A DNA stretch of 64,000 nt from an uncultured Pelagibacteraceae bacterium (GCA_902571915.1 CACGDY010000002.1:13006-77005); one strand, 5' to 3'. Numbered from the stretch's first letter, positions 41,607-55,227 are shown. Notes: generated by a model from the sequence alone, not told the origin. A program made the numbers and translations.

Positions 41607-44477
41607 TTAAAAAACTTTCTTTATAATTTCTTCTTGTTGTGAATAATGTCTCCTGATATATCCTGTTGCAGGTGATGCATCTGGACTTCTTCCAATATAA
41701 GAAATTATATTATTCTTAGCCTTTATATTATCTAATGTCCATTGGATATAATCTCTGACTGAAAACCAAGCACCCATATTTTTTGGTTCTTCTTGACACC
41801 AGTAAAATTTCGCATTTTTGGCATATGGTTTGAGCTCGTTAGCAAGTGCTTTTGCAGGAAAAGGGTACAGTTGTTCGATCCTAAATAGGACTACATTATC
41901 TTTTTTTATTTTTTCTCTCGCCTCAAGTAAATCAAAATAGATTTTTCCAGAACAAAGAATCACTTTTTTAATATTTTGTGGTTTTTTTAATTTAATAAAT
42001 CCTTTTACTTTCGGATCAATGGCATGATCCCATAATACTCTATGAAATGAATTTGTTTTACTAAAATCATCCAAATTAGAAACACAATGTTTGTGCCTTA
42101 ATAAAGATTTTGGTGTCATAATAATTAATGGTTTTCTAAAATCTCTATGAATTTGTCTTCTCAACGCATGGAAATAATTTGCGGGAGTTGTGCAGTTCAT
42201 TACTTGCATATTATCATTAGAGCATAATTGTAAAAATCTTTCTAACCTTGCTGATGAATGTTCTGGTCCTTGACCCTCGTATCCATGCGGTAACAACATC
42301 ACTAAACCTGAGGCTCTAGACCATTTTCGTTCTCCAGAAGCTATAAATTGATCAATAACTACCTGCGCACCATTAGCAAAATCACCAAATTGGGCCTCCC
42401 AAATAGTTAGAGTATTTGGTTCAACCAAACTATATCCATATTCAAATCCTAGAACAGCTAATTCTGATAAAAAACTATCTACTATTTCAAAATTTTTTTG
42501 TTTATTAGAAATATTATTTAGAGGGATATATCTTGAATTATCTATTTGATTTCTTAAAACTGAATGTCTTTGACTAAATGTTCCTCTTCCTGAGTCTTGA
42601 CCCACAAGTCTCACTGGGTAACCCTCATCTAGTAATGATCCAAAAGCTAATGACTCAGCAGTAGACCAGTCTATACCTTTGCCTTTAGATACCGTAAGTT
42701 TACGATTATCTATGATTTTTCTAATAGTTTTATGAATATTTATTTCTGCTGGAATTGTATTTATCTTATCAGAAATATTTTTCAATTTTTTGGTATCAAA
42801 GCCTGTAACTCCTCTTTTGTCTTTTCCCAGCTCTGGTCTATACCTTGACCAAGTTCCCTCGAACCACTCTATCTTTGGTTTGTAGTTTTTTGCATTTTTA
42901 AATTGGTCATCTAATAGATCTTTAAATTTTTTAATAGAGCTGTTTAAATAGTCATTTGTAATTGATCCTTCATTTACCAATTTTTTTCCATAAACTTTAA
43001 TTGTTGATGGGTGAGATCTTATTTTTTTATACATTAAAGGCTGAGTAAACGATGGTTCATCACCTTCATTATGTCCGAATCTTCTATAACAAATTAAGTC
43101 AATGACAACATCTCTATTGAACTTTAATCTAAAGTCTGTTGCAATTCTTGCTGCATAAACAACAGCTTCTGGATCATCACCGTTTACATGAATAATTGGT
43201 GCCTCAACCATTTTTGCAATGTCAGAAGGATACGGTGAAGATCTTGCAAATCTTGGACTTGTCGTAAAACCTATTTGATTATTTATAATAATATGAATTG
43301 TGCCACCAGTATTATGTCCTGGAAGACCAGACATCGCAAAACATTCAGCAACCACTCCTTGTCCAGCAAAGGCTGCATCTCCATGAATTAAAATTGGTAT
43401 TACTTTTTTTCTCTCTTTATCTTTATGAAAAAATTGTTTTGCTCTAGTTTGTCCTAGGACGACTGGATTAACTGCTTCTAAATGTGAAGGGTTGTCTGTT
43501 AAACTCACATGAACTAAATTTCCATCGAATTCCCTGTTAGATGAGGCACCTAAATGATATTTAACATCTCCAGTATCATCTTTAGATTTTGAACTTATTT
43601 CTCCAGCAAACTCATTAAATATTCTTTTGTAAGATTTTTGAAGAACATTAGCCAATACATTTAGACGACCTCTATGAGACATTCCAATTTTTACTTCTTT
43701 GACATTTGACTGACCGCCAATTTTAATAATTTGTTCTAGTGCAGGAATTAAGCTTTCACCTCCATCAAGACCAAATCTTTTAGTCCCAACATATTTTGTA
43801 TGAAGAAATTTTTCAAAACCCTCGGCTTGAATTAGCTTGTTAAGAATTGCCTCTTTACCATTTTGTGTAAAATTAAAATCATCTGCTTTTTCAACACGTT
43901 CCCTAAACCATTTTCTCTCAATGGGATTCGAAATATGCATATATTCGTAACCCAAAGAACCACAATACTTTTCTTTTAAGAATTTCAATATCTCGTTAAT
44001 ACTTGAGTATTGCTTGTTGGTAACGTTGTCTAAGAAAATTTTTTTTTGATAATCTCCTTTTTTAAATCCATAAAACTCTGGATTAAGTTCTTCTAAATTA
44101 TCTGATTTTAATAATTCTAATGGATCTAGTTTTGCAACCAGATGACCTCTTTGTCTATAAGATCTAATCATTGCAACAGCTTTAATTGAATTTGCATTTG
44201 ATTTAATTATATCAACATCATTTTTTTCTGTATTTTGATTTTCAAAATTTTGATACTTATTTATTGAGACTTTCTTAGAAGGGTTCCACGAAGGGCCATT
44301 TATCTCATTTACAATTATATCGTCCTCATCTCCAACTTCCTTGAAATATTTTCTCCAACTATCAGGTAATTCAGGATCATTATTTACAAATTTCAAATAC
44401 ATTTCTTCAATAAAGGCACTGTTTGATTTATTGAGAAAAGCCGTTTTTTTAAATTCTAAATTTTTAGAAGAAGACAT
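41607..44477 (-). CDS. sucA: 2-oxoglutarate dehydrogenase E1
   Basis: KRFGLDG, HRGRLN, HGDAAFAGQG, GHNEGDEP, LPHGYEGQGPEHSS. Confidence 0.98.
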   Translation of the reverse strand: MSSSKNLEFKKTAFLNKSNSAFIEEMYLKFVNNDPELPDSWRKYFKEVGDEDDIIVNEINGPSWNPSKKVSINKYQNFENQNTEKNDVDIIKSNANSIKAVAMIRSYRQRGHLVAKLDPLELLKSDNLEELNPEFYGFKKGDYQKKIFLDNVTNKQYSSINEILKFLKEKYCGSLGYEYMHISNPIERKWFRERVEKADDFNFTQNGKEAILNKLIQAEGFEKFLHTKYVGTKRFGLDGGESLIPALEQIIKIGGQSNVKEVKIGMSHRGRLNVLANVLQKSYKRIFNEFAGEISSKSKDDTGDVKYHLGASSNREFDGNLVHVSLTDNPSHLEAVNPVVLGQTRAKQFFHKDKERKKVIPILIHGDAAFAGQGVVAECFAMSGLPGHNTGGTIHIIINNQIGFTTSPRFARSSPYPSDIAKMVEAPIIHVNGDDPEAVVYAARIATDFRLKFNRDVVIDLICYRRFGHNEGDEPSFTQPLMYKKIRSHPSTIKVYGKKLVNEGSITNDYLNSSIKKFKDLLDDQFKNAKNYKPKIEWFEGTWSRYRPELGKDKRGVTGFDTKKLKNISDKINTIPAEINIHKTIRKIIDNRKLTVSKGKGIDWSTAESLAFGSLLDEGYPVRLVGQDSGRGTFSQRHSVLRNQIDNSRYIPLNNISNKQKNFEIVDSFLSELAVLGFEYGYSLVEPNTLTIWEAQFGDFANGAQVVIDQFIASGERKWSRASGLVMLLPHGYEGQGPEHSSARLERFLQLCSNDNMQVMNCTTPANYFHALRRQIHRDFRKPLIIMTPKSLLRHKHCVSNLDDFSKTNSFHRVLWDHAIDPKVKGFIKLKKPQNIKKVILCSGKIYFDLLEAREKIKKDNVVLFRIEQLYPFPAKALANELKPYAKNAKFYWCQEEPKNMGAWFSVRDYIQWTLDNIKAKNNIISYIGRSPDASPATGYIRRHYSQQEEIIKKVF

Positions 44478-44512
44478 TATGTTGAGTTAATATAAACTTA
44501 GAAAGAATTTTT

Positions 44513-45387
44513 TCAATCAGACAATTTATCGAATAGTGTTTTTCCGATTTTAGATGGAGAATTTGCCATTGTTATTCCACAATCTTGCATCTTTTTGATC
44601 TTATCTTTAGCACCGCCTTTGCCCCCAGAAATTATTGCACCTGCATGGCCCATTCTACGACCTGGTGGTGCTGTTAAACCCGCCACAAAGCCAACAATAG
44701 GTTTTTTTATTTTATGATTTTGAATAAAATCTGCTGCTTCTTCCTCAGCTGTACCTCCAATTTCTCCAATCATTAAAATAGACTCTGTTTCGTCATCATT
44801 TAAAAATAAATCTAAACAATCAATGAAGTTAGTTCCATTGATTGGATCTCCACCAATTCCTATACACGTAGATTGACCTAATCCATTTTCTGTAGTTTGA
44901 GCAACTGCTTCATAAGTTAGCGTACCCGATCTAGAGACAATACCAACTGAGCCTTTTTTGTGGATGTTACCAGGCATAATACCAATTTTACATTCATTGG
45001 GAGTTATAATTCCTGGACAATTAGGTCCAATTAATCTGGTATTTGATTTTAATAATTTCTGTTTAACTCTCAACATATCTTGAATTGGGATCCCTTCAGT
45101 AATGCAAACAATTAACTCGATTGATGCTTCTATTGCCTCAACGATTGCTGCAGCAGCAAATTTTGCTGGCACATATATCATGGTAGCGTTCGCGCCCTCA
45201 GAGTTTTTAGCTTCTTTAACTGTATTAAAAACTGGTAATCCTAGATGTTTTTGTCCTCCTTTTTTAGGAGTGACTCCACCAACTAATTTAGTTCCATATT
45301 TAATTGCTTGCTCAGAGTGAAATGTTCCATGTGACCCCGTAAAACCTTGGCAAATTAATCTAGTTTCTTTATTTACAAGAACTGACA

Positions 45388-45388
<1 letters not shown>
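44513..45388 (-). CDS. sucD: Succinyl-CoA synthetase alpha subunit
   Basis: [27 protein letters not shown]. Confidence 0.98.
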
Positions 45389-47528
<2,140 letters not shown>

Positions 47529-49022
47529 CTATTTCATCGTAGGCATAACAAATTCTGCATTTGACCTGATGCCTGAGGGCCATCTTGAAGTAATTGTTTT
47601 CAATTTTGTATAAAATTTTATACCCTCCATACCATGCATTGCACTGTCTCCAAATAAGGATCTTTTCCATCCACCAAAACTGTGAAAGGCCATTGGTACA
47701 GGAATTGGCACATTAATACCTACCATTCCAACTTGAATTTTGCTAGCAAAAGTTCTTCCAGCATCTCCATCTCTTGTGTAAATACTCACACCATTTCCAT
47801 ATTCATGATTATTTATTAAATTTGCTGCATCCTCAAAAGTTTTAACTCTAACTACAGACAAAACTGGTCCAAATATTTCCTCTTTATAAATTCTCATTTC
47901 TTTTTTAACATGATCGAATAAACAGCCACCAATATAAAAACCATTTTCATATCCTTGTAATTTTAAGCTTCTTCCATCAACAACAAGCTTAGCGCCTTCT
48001 TTTACTCCTAGGTCTACATAACCTTTTACTTTTTCTAAATGCTCTTTTGTTACTAGAGGTCCCATTTCAGAATTTTTATCCATTCCTGGTCCTACTTTTA
48101 AAGCTTCTGCTTTTTTTGAAAGCCTTGAAACAAGTTCATCACCTATATTTCCAACTGCTACAGCAACTGATTGTGCCATACATCTTTCTCCTGCAGATCC
48201 ATATGCTGCTCCCATTAAACCATTTACCGCACCATCTAAATCACAATCAGGCATTACTACTAAATGATTTTTAGCACCCCCTAAAGCCTGAACTCTCTTT
48301 TCATTTTTGGCCGAATTCTCATATATATATTTTGCGACTGGAGTAGAACCAACAAAACTTACTGCTTTTATATCTGAGTTTGTTAAAATTGCATCAACAG
48401 ACTCCTTGTCTCCATTAATAACATTGAAAACACCATCGGGTAAACCTGCTTCTTTTAAAAGTTCAGCTAATTTAATGGAACAAGAGGGATCTTTTTCAGA
48501 TGGTTTTAATATAAAAGTATTTCCACAAGCAATTGCAATTGGAAACATCCACATCGGTACCATTGCTGGAAAGTTAAAAGGCGTAATTCCTGAAACTACA
48601 CCTAATGGCTGTCGTATAGACCAACTATCAACATTTGTACCAACGTTCTCTGAAAATTCACCTTTCAACAAATGAGGAATACCGCAAGCAAATTCAACAA
48701 CTTCTAAGCCTCGAGTTAGTGAACCTTTTGCGTCCTCATAAACCTTTCCATGTTCATTCACAATTAGTTGTGTAAGTTCATCAGAATTTTTTTCGATAAG
48801 TTCTTTAAATTTAAACATGACTCTAGCTCTAACTAAAGGAGGTTTTGCCGACCATTCTTGAAAAGCTTTTTTTGCTACCTCTACCGCGCTATCTAAATCT
48901 TTTTTAGACGCGATTCTTACCTCTTTTTCTTGATCGCCAGTTGCTGGATTAAAAACTTTACCCTTTTTATTTGATGTTCCAGGAATTATTTTTCCACCTA
49001 CAAAATGTTCAATTAATTTCAT
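47529..49022 (-). CDS. mmsA: CoA-acylating (methyl)malonate-semialdehyde dehydrogenase
   Basis: RGLEVVEFACG, ITPFNFPAMVP, KPSEKDP, GGAKNH, GSAGERCMA, GINVPIPVP, FGGWKRS. Confidence 0.93.
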   Translation of the reverse strand: MKLIEHFVGGKIIPGTSNKKGKVFNPATGDQEKEVRIASKKDLDSAVEVAKKAFQEWSAKPPLVRARVMFKFKELIEKNSDELTQLIVNEHGKVYEDAKGSLTRGLEVVEFACGIPHLLKGEFSENVGTNVDSWSIRQPLGVVSGITPFNFPAMVPMWMFPIAIACGNTFILKPSEKDPSCSIKLAELLKEAGLPDGVFNVINGDKESVDAILTNSDIKAVSFVGSTPVAKYIYENSAKNEKRVQALGGAKNHLVVMPDCDLDGAVNGLMGAAYGSAGERCMAQSVAVAVGNIGDELVSRLSKKAEALKVGPGMDKNSEMGPLVTKEHLEKVKGYVDLGVKEGAKLVVDGRSLKLQGYENGFYIGGCLFDHVKKEMRIYKEEIFGPVLSVVRVKTFEDAANLINNHEYGNGVSIYTRDGDAGRTFASKIQVGMVGINVPIPVPMAFHSFGGWKRSLFGDSAMHGMEGIKFYTKLKTITSRWPSGIRSNAEFVMPTMK

Positions 49023-49064
49023 GAATAGAGACTTTTAGATTAAAAATTCTTATTAGTCTATTGT

Positions 49065-49844
49065 TTAAATATTAGCTGTTGCTAACATTTTTTTTATTTC
49101 AGCAATTGCTTTTGCAGGATTTAAACCTTTTGGACAAGCGCTGGTACAGTTTAAAATTGTGTGACACCTATAAAGTTTAAGTTCGTCTGCTACTTTTTTT
49201 AATCTTGAATTTCTTTCTTCATCTCTACTATCTATAATCCAACGATAGGCTTGTAAAAGCACTGCTGGTCCCAAATATTTATCACCATTCCACCAATAAC
49301 TTGGGCAAGAGGTTGAGCAACACGCGCACATAATACATTCATATGCACCATCTAGTTTAGCTCTATCCTCTTTAGATTGAAAAATTTCTTTAGTTTCTGA
49401 CTTTGAATTTGATTTTAACCATGGCTCAATTGATTGATATTGTTTATATAAACCGTCCAAGTCACCTATTAAATCCTTTTTAACCTTAAGGTGTGGTAAT
49501 GGATAAATATTAATATCACCATCTATTTCTTTGTGGGGAGTTGTGCAGGCAAGACCATTTTTTCCATCCATATTCATTGCACACGAACCACAAACTCCAT
49601 GTGCACAAGATCTTCTATAGGCCAAAGTTGGATCAATTTCATTTTTAATTTTGTTTAAAATATCCAAAACTTTTGAGGGACAATTGTTCATATCAACTTC
49701 ATAAGTATCAATTCTAGGATTTTCCTCTGTAGACGGATCCCATCTATAAATGTTTACTTTCCTTAGATTTTTTGATCCAGTTTTATCCTTAAAATATTTA
49801 CCTTTTTTTACTTTAGAGTTATTAGGTAAACCTATTTGAGCCAT
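49065..49844 (-). CDS. sdhB: Succinate dehydrogenase iron-sulfur subunit
   Basis: [10 protein letters not shown]...[32 protein letters not shown]. Confidence 0.97.
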   Translation of the reverse strand: MAQIGLPNNSKVKKGKYFKDKTGSKNLRKVNIYRWDPSTEENPRIDTYEVDMNNCPSKVLDILNKIKNEIDPTLAYRRSCAHGVCGSCAMNMDGKNGLACTTPHKEIDGDINIYPLPHLKVKKDLIGDLDGLYKQYQSIEPWLKSNSKSETKEIFQSKEDRAKLDGAYECIMCACCSTSCPSYWWNGDKYLGPAVLLQAYRWIIDSRDEERNSRLKKVADELKLYRCHTILNCTSACPKGLNPAKAIAEIKKMLATANI

Positions 49845-51619
49845 CAATAAACTCTTTCCTGAGGTGGAAAATATTGCACTTCATTAGTTAGTGTTGATTT
49901 ATGAACTTCTCTGTAACTAATTTTTGTATTTTTTCCGTCACACCAGGCAAGAGTGTGTTGCATAAATTTATTATCATCTCTTTTTGGAAAGTCTTCTCTC
50001 GCATGAGCTCCTCGACTTTCTTTTCTATTATAGGCTGAGTCAACTGTAACTACAGCTTGTCTTATTAAATTATCAAACTCTAAAGTTTCAACTAAATCAG
50101 TGTTAAAAATTAAAGATTTATCTTTAACAGATAAAGAATCTAACCCATCGTAAGTTTTTCTTATTTCATTAACACCTTCTTTAAGAGTTTTTTCAGTTCT
50201 AAAAACAGCGCATTTAGACTGCATAGTTTTCTGCATTGATAATCTTAATTCAGCTGTTCCAATATCGCCCTGTGAATTTCTTATTTTATCAAAACGATCT
50301 AAACATTTTTGAGTTTCTGATTCGCTGATCTCCTCGTGTGATGTTCCTGGTTTGATTAGCTCTGCAGCACGTTTAGCAGCAGATCTACCAAAAACAACTA
50401 AATCAATTAATGAGTTAGAACCAAGTCTATTCGCACCATGAACTGAAACACATGCTGCTTCACCTATTGCCATTAAACCTGGAACAGTTTTTTCTGAACC
50501 ATTTACAGTTAATACTTCTGCTTTATAATTTGTTGGAATACCACCCATATTATAATGAACTGTTGGAACAACAGGAATTGGCTCCTTAGTAACATCTACA
50601 TTTGCAAATAATCTCGCAGCATCAGTTATACCAGGTAATCTACTTTCGATAATATCTTTATCTAAGTGACTTAAATTAAGATGAACATGATCTTGATCTT
50701 TTCCAACTCCTCTTCCTTCATTAATCTCAATTGACATTGATCTACTCACAACATCTCTTGATGCTAAATCTTTTGCTTTAGGTGCATATCTTTCCATAAA
50801 TCTCTCACCTTTGGAATTTGTAAGATATCCTCCTTCACCTCTCGCGCCTTCTGTAATCAACGTACCATGACCATAAATTCCTGTTGGATGAAACTGCACA
50901 AATTCCATATCTTGTAATGGTAAACCTGCTCTTAGTACCATCGCATTACCATCACCTGTGCAAGTATGAGCTGATGTTGCTGAATAATATACTTTTCCAT
51001 AACCGCCTGTTGCGATTATAACAGTATGAGCTCTAAATCTATGAATAGTACCATCATTTAAATTCCAAGCAATCAAGCCTTTACACGCCCCATCTTTCAT
51101 TAATAAATCTAATGCAAAATATTCAATAAAAAATTCTGTATTATGTTTTAATGCTTGTCCATACAAAGTATGTAAAATTGCATGACCTGTTCTATCAGCG
51201 GCTGCACAAGTTCTTTGAACAATCCCGTTACCATAATTTTTAGTCATGCCGCCAAAAGGTCTTTGGTAAATTTTACCATCTTCAGTTCTACTGAAGGGAA
51301 CACCATATTTTTCTAATTCAATTACTGCTTTTGGTGCTTCTTTACATAAATACTCAATACTGTCCTGATCACCTAACCAATCAGCTCCTTTAACTGTATC
51401 ATACATATGCCATCGCCAATCATCTTCACCCATATTCCCTAGAGCTGCAGAAATTCCTCCCTGGGCAGCTGAGGTATGACTTCTAGTTGGAAAAACTTTT
51501 GAAATACATGCAGTTTTTAATCCAGCTTCACTTAAACCAACTGCAGCTCTTAAGCCTGAGCCACCTGCTCCTAAAACAACCACATCATATTCATGATTTA
51601 TTATTTTATACGAACTCAT
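49844..51619 (-). CDS. sdhA: Succinate dehydrogenase flavoprotein subunit
   Basis: [10 protein letters not shown] (covalent FAD His), [24 protein letters not shown]. Confidence 0.98.
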   Translation of the reverse strand: MSSYKIINHEYDVVVLGAGGSGLRAAVGLSEAGLKTACISKVFPTRSHTSAAQGGISAALGNMGEDDWRWHMYDTVKGADWLGDQDSIEYLCKEAPKAVIELEKYGVPFSRTEDGKIYQRPFGGMTKNYGNGIVQRTCAAADRTGHAILHTLYGQALKHNTEFFIEYFALDLLMKDGACKGLIAWNLNDGTIHRFRAHTVIIATGGYGKVYYSATSAHTCTGDGNAMVLRAGLPLQDMEFVQFHPTGIYGHGTLITEGARGEGGYLTNSKGERFMERYAPKAKDLASRDVVSRSMSIEINEGRGVGKDQDHVHLNLSHLDKDIIESRLPGITDAARLFANVDVTKEPIPVVPTVHYNMGGIPTNYKAEVLTVNGSEKTVPGLMAIGEAACVSVHGANRLGSNSLIDLVVFGRSAAKRAAELIKPGTSHEEISESETQKCLDRFDKIRNSQGDIGTAELRLSMQKTMQSKCAVFRTEKTLKEGVNEIRKTYDGLDSLSVKDKSLIFNTDLVETLEFDNLIRQAVVTVDSAYNRKESRGAHAREDFPKRDDNKFMQHTLAWCDGKNTKISYREVHKSTLTNEVQYFPPQERVY

Positions 51620-51939
51620 AATCTAGTTATTAATATAATTGTAATTAGAGGAATTACCACTGCTGATGTATATAAAAATGTGTTTGCGACATTTTTGATT
51701 TTAATATTTTTAATATAGTCCTCAAAAACCTCACTAATACTCAATGCAGAGAAAAAATATGCATTTATGATAAAGAGACTAAATAAAAACTTAGATAAAG
51801 GATCTGTAAAAAAATTTACAACTGTTGAATAATCTTGATCATAAATTCTTATAAAATTTATAATAAACCACAACATAAATGGAACAAGTATTGCCCCTGT
51901 TATCTTTAAAAATATCCATTTTTTTGTTGCGTTTATCAT
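51616..51939 (-). CDS. sdhD: Succinate dehydrogenase membrane anchor subunit D (no histidine)
   Basis: Three hydrophobic helices and the EDY quinone motif; lies between sdhC and sdhA. Start moved to the ATG at 51939. Confidence 0.88.
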   Translation of the reverse strand: MINATKKWIFLKITGAILVPFMLWFIINFIRIYDQDYSTVVNFFTDPLSKFLFSLFIINAYFFSALSISEVFEDYIKNIKIKNVANTFLYTSAVVIPLITIILITRL

Positions 51940-51940
51940 T

Positions 51941-52324
51941 TTAAAAAATATTTTTACCAATTAAATAAAAAATCACAGTAAAAATTATAGAACCAAATAT
52001 AACAATTAAACCAGTTATTTTTGATATTTTAAGTTCAAATCCAAAACCTAAATCCATAATTAAATGTCTAATCTCACTCAAAATTTGAAAAGAGAAAGAC
52101 CATGTTATTCCAAGAATAACGAATTTACCCATAAGTGAATTTAAAAATAAATAAATCGTATCGTAACTATTTTGGCTTAGGACAAGAAGCGAAACCATAA
52201 GACAAATTAATGTAATTGAAATTATATTAATAATTCCAGTTATTCTATGAGAAATAGAAACTAATGAGGAGACATGCCATTTATAAATTTGAATATGAGG
52301 AGATAAGGGTGATTTATTTTCCAT
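51941..52324 (-). CDS. sdhC: Succinate dehydrogenase cytochrome b556-family subunit C
   Basis: PLSPHIQIY, SISHRITG, IRHLIMDLG. Confidence 0.93.
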   Translation of the reverse strand: MENKSPLSPHIQIYKWHVSSLVSISHRITGIINIISITLICLMVSLLVLSQNSYDTIYLFLNSLMGKFVILGITWSFSFQILSEIRHLIMDLGFGFELKISKITGLIVIFGSIIFTVIFYLIGKNIF

Positions 52325-53321
52325 AAAAATTATTTTTAATTAACGTTTCTGCTATTTCCACAGCATTCAAAGCTGCACCTCTTAAAAGATTATCTGAAAC
52401 AATCCACAAGTTTAATCCATTTTTTACTGTTCTATCTTCTCTGATCCTTGAGATAAATGTATCATCTTTTCCTTCAGCATCCAAGGGTGTTGTATAACCA
52501 CCATCAACTCTTTCATCAATCACCTTGCAGCCTTTAAAATTATCTAAAGCTTCTCTTACTCTTTCAAGAGAATAATTTTTTTCAAATTGTAAATTTACTG
52601 ACTCTGAGTGAGATACAGATATCGGTAGTCGCACACACGTTGCTGTTAAATCAATCTTTTCATCTAAAATTTTTTTAGTTTCATTGCTCATTTTTAATTC
52701 CTCTTTCGTATAACCATTGTCAGAAAAAATATCTATATGAGGAATAGCATTGAAAGCTATTGTTTTTGTAAAGTTTTTAGATTCAATTTTTTTACCTTCC
52801 AAAGCTAATTTAGTTTGTTCTATTAATTCATCCATTGATGCTTTTCCCGCACCTGAAACAGATTGGTATGTGGATACTACTACTCTTTTAATAATAAACA
52901 AATCATGTAATGGTTTTAGAGCCATTACTAGTTGTGCAGTTGAACAATTTGGATTGGCAATAATATTTTTTTTTATATTATTTAAATGATTAGAGTTCAC
53001 TTGCGGAACTATTAAAGGCACCTCAGGATCCATTCTAAAATAACTAGAATTGTCAATTACAATACAATCTTTTGCTGCTTTTACAGCAAATTTTTTTGAA
53101 ATTTTTCCACCAGCTGCAAAAAAAGCTATCTTAACTTTTGAAAAATCAAAATTTTCAAGATCTGATACTTCTAACTCCTTGCCCTTAAAATTTATCTTTT
53201 TTCCAGTGCTTTTTGATGAAGCAACCAAGTATAATTTGTCAATAGGCAGTTCTTTCTTTTCAAGAACTTCCAATGTTTTTCTTCCTACATTTCCTGTAGC
53301 CCCAACTATTACAATATTCAT
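52314..53321 (-). CDS. asd: Aspartate-semialdehyde dehydrogenase
   Basis: GATGNVG, IDNSSYFRM, ANPNCST, STYQSVSGAG, DNLLRGAALN. Confidence 0.97.
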   Translation of the reverse strand: MNIVIVGATGNVGRKTLEVLEKKELPIDKLYLVASSKSTGKKINFKGKELEVSDLENFDFSKVKIAFFAAGGKISKKFAVKAAKDCIVIDNSSYFRMDPEVPLIVPQVNSNHLNNIKKNIIANPNCSTAQLVMALKPLHDLFIIKRVVVSTYQSVSGAGKASMDELIEQTKLALEGKKIESKNFTKTIAFNAIPHIDIFSDNGYTKEELKMSNETKKILDEKIDLTATCVRLPISVSHSESVNLQFEKNYSLERVREALDNFKGCKVIDERVDGGYTTPLDAEGKDDTFISRIREDRTVKNGLNLWIVSDNLLRGAALNAVEIAETLIKNNFYGK

Positions 53322-53336
53322 GATGTAAGTTTTATA

Positions 53337-54446
53337 CTAGATGAAAGGTAAATCGCAAACTTTTACAGAGAATGAATTTCCCTCTATTTCCAGAATTCCA
53401 GCTTTTGATGCTTCACAATATGGCTCATTTATCATTGCTATTCCTATTACTTTTTTGAAATGAGGTGAATAACATGCAGATCTAAGTTCTCCAAAAAAAT
53501 TTCCTCTATCATCTTTTATTTTTAAAGATTTAGTTAAATTTATTCTATTAGTATCGATTTGAACCCCCTTTAATTTTCTTTTCACGCCATTTTTTTTTAT
53601 CAATATTAATTTTTCTTTACCTAAAAAAGTTACATCGGATTCTAAATTGACATACTTTTCAAAACCACATTCCAATGGATTATCTTCGTTATCAAAATCA
53701 TTCCCATATGATAACAAACCACTTTCTATTCTCTCAATTAAATTTGGACATCCAGGTTTGACATCAAATTCTTTACCGAGCTCAAAAAGTTGATCATATA
53801 AATCTAAACCTGATTTGGTATTTTCTACATAAACTTCAAAACCACCTTGTTTTGACCACCCTGAACGAGCAATTAAATGCTTTACTCCATCAAAATCAAA
53901 ATAATCAAAACCAAAAAATTTTAATTCTTTAATTTTTTTTCCAAAAATTTTTTCCATCAAATCAAAAGATTTTGGTCCTTGAATAGCTAAGATGTTAACG
54001 TTAGGCTCAAAAATTTTAACCTCATATTTATTTCCTGAAGCTAAGCCCTTTGCAAAAAAAATTACATCTGAATCTGCTATTGATATCCACCATCTATCTT
54101 CTGCTAACTTTAAAATTACTGGATCGTTAACTAAATTTCCATTATCATCAATTAGAGGACAATAATAGCATCTTCCTATTTTTGATTTTGATAAATCTCT
54201 ACAAGTCATTAATTGAACAAGTTTGGCGGCATCTTTTCCCTTAATTTCTACTTGTCTTTCTGCTGCAACGTCCCAAATTTGAACATTTTTTTTTAAGTGT
54301 TTACAAGACTCCTCTAAAGATCCGAATGCCGCTGGTAAAAGCATATGATTATAAACTGTGTAAGATGTTACACCTTGCTTTTCAATTCTTGACGTATAAG
54401 GTGAACTTCTAACTCTACGAGATTTTGCTATTGAAAAACTTTTCAT
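53337..54446 (-). CDS. dmdA: Dimethylsulfoniopropionate (DMSP) demethylase
   Basis: GcvT fold with DmdA-specific segments ([59 protein letters not shown]); 369 aa, ends DLPFI. Confidence 0.95.
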   Translation of the reverse strand: MKSFSIAKSRRVRSSPYTSRIEKQGVTSYTVYNHMLLPAAFGSLEESCKHLKKNVQIWDVAAERQVEIKGKDAAKLVQLMTCRDLSKSKIGRCYYCPLIDDNGNLVNDPVILKLAEDRWWISIADSDVIFFAKGLASGNKYEVKIFEPNVNILAIQGPKSFDLMEKIFGKKIKELKFFGFDYFDFDGVKHLIARSGWSKQGGFEVYVENTKSGLDLYDQLFELGKEFDVKPGCPNLIERIESGLLSYGNDFDNEDNPLECGFEKYVNLESDVTFLGKEKLILIKKNGVKRKLKGVQIDTNRINLTKSLKIKDDRGNFFGELRSACYSPHFKKVIGIAMINEPYCEASKAGILEIEGNSFSVKVCDLPFI

Positions 54447-55219
54447 CTATTTAAAAATTCTAAAATCTTTTCTCTCATTTCGAATGCTTTTTCAATCATT
54501 ATCATATGCCCACATTCACTTATTACATGTGTTGTCGAATTTTTTATCAAACTTGAGAACTTTTTTCCTGTATCTAAATTTACCATTTTATCCAATTCTC
54601 CAAGTATAAGCATTGTAGGAAAATTTATTGACTTTGCAGCTCTAAGACCATTTGAATAATTATTACATGCATTTAAATCTACCGCCAGTATTTGGCTTAT
54701 GTCTCTAGGTGACTGTATTATCTTTTCCACAGGGTTACCTCCAATAAATCTTTTTGAACCCTCATAACCCCATTTCATCATTAATTTTACTGCCTCTGAG
54801 TCACCATTTTGTGCCAAGTATAGTAAATCTGGATGAACAGGCATTTTATTTGAACCTCCAACAAAAATTAAATTTTTTATTCGATCTTTATATTTATGAG
54901 CATACTCTAATATTTCTAAGCAGCCTTGTGAGTGACCTACCAATGTTAAATTCTTTAGTTTTAACTTATCAAAAACTTTCTCTAACCAATCAGAGATTTT
55001 TTCTATACTATCTAAACAAGGTCCCTCAGAATTACCATGGCCTGGTAGATCAATAGACAATACATTAAAATTTTTGTTTGAAAAAAACTGTTCTGTTAAA
55101 GACCACACTATGTGAGAGAGACCACTACCATGTAGAAAAACAATTGTTTCTTTTTCAAAATTTATACCTTGTCCTGCGTCAGATACATGAATACTTTTAT
55201 TTTCTAATTGGAATATCAA
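54443..55219 (-). CDS. Alpha/beta-fold hydrolase of unknown substrate in the dmd operon
   Basis: HGSG, DLPGHG, GHSQG nucleophile elbow, GELD, GHMIMIE (Ser-Asp-His triad); TTG start. Confidence 0.85.
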   Translation of the reverse strand: MIFQLENKSIHVSDAGQGINFEKETIVFLHGSGLSHIVWSLTEQFFSNKNFNVLSIDLPGHGNSEGPCLDSIEKISDWLEKVFDKLKLKNLTLVGHSQGCLEILEYAHKYKDRIKNLIFVGGSNKMPVHPDLLYLAQNGDSEAVKLMMKWGYEGSKRFIGGNPVEKIIQSPRDISQILAVDLNACNNYSNGLRAAKSINFPTMLILGELDKMVNLDTGKKFSSLIKNSTTHVISECGHMIMIEKAFEMREKILEFLNR

Positions 55220-55227
55220 TTATTTAC

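Noticed and set aside
49575-49620. Sdh[11 protein letters not shown] instead of SCREG(I/V)CGS
   Set aside because: All Fe-S cysteine ligands are intact, and I cannot support a functional consequence from the sequence alone.
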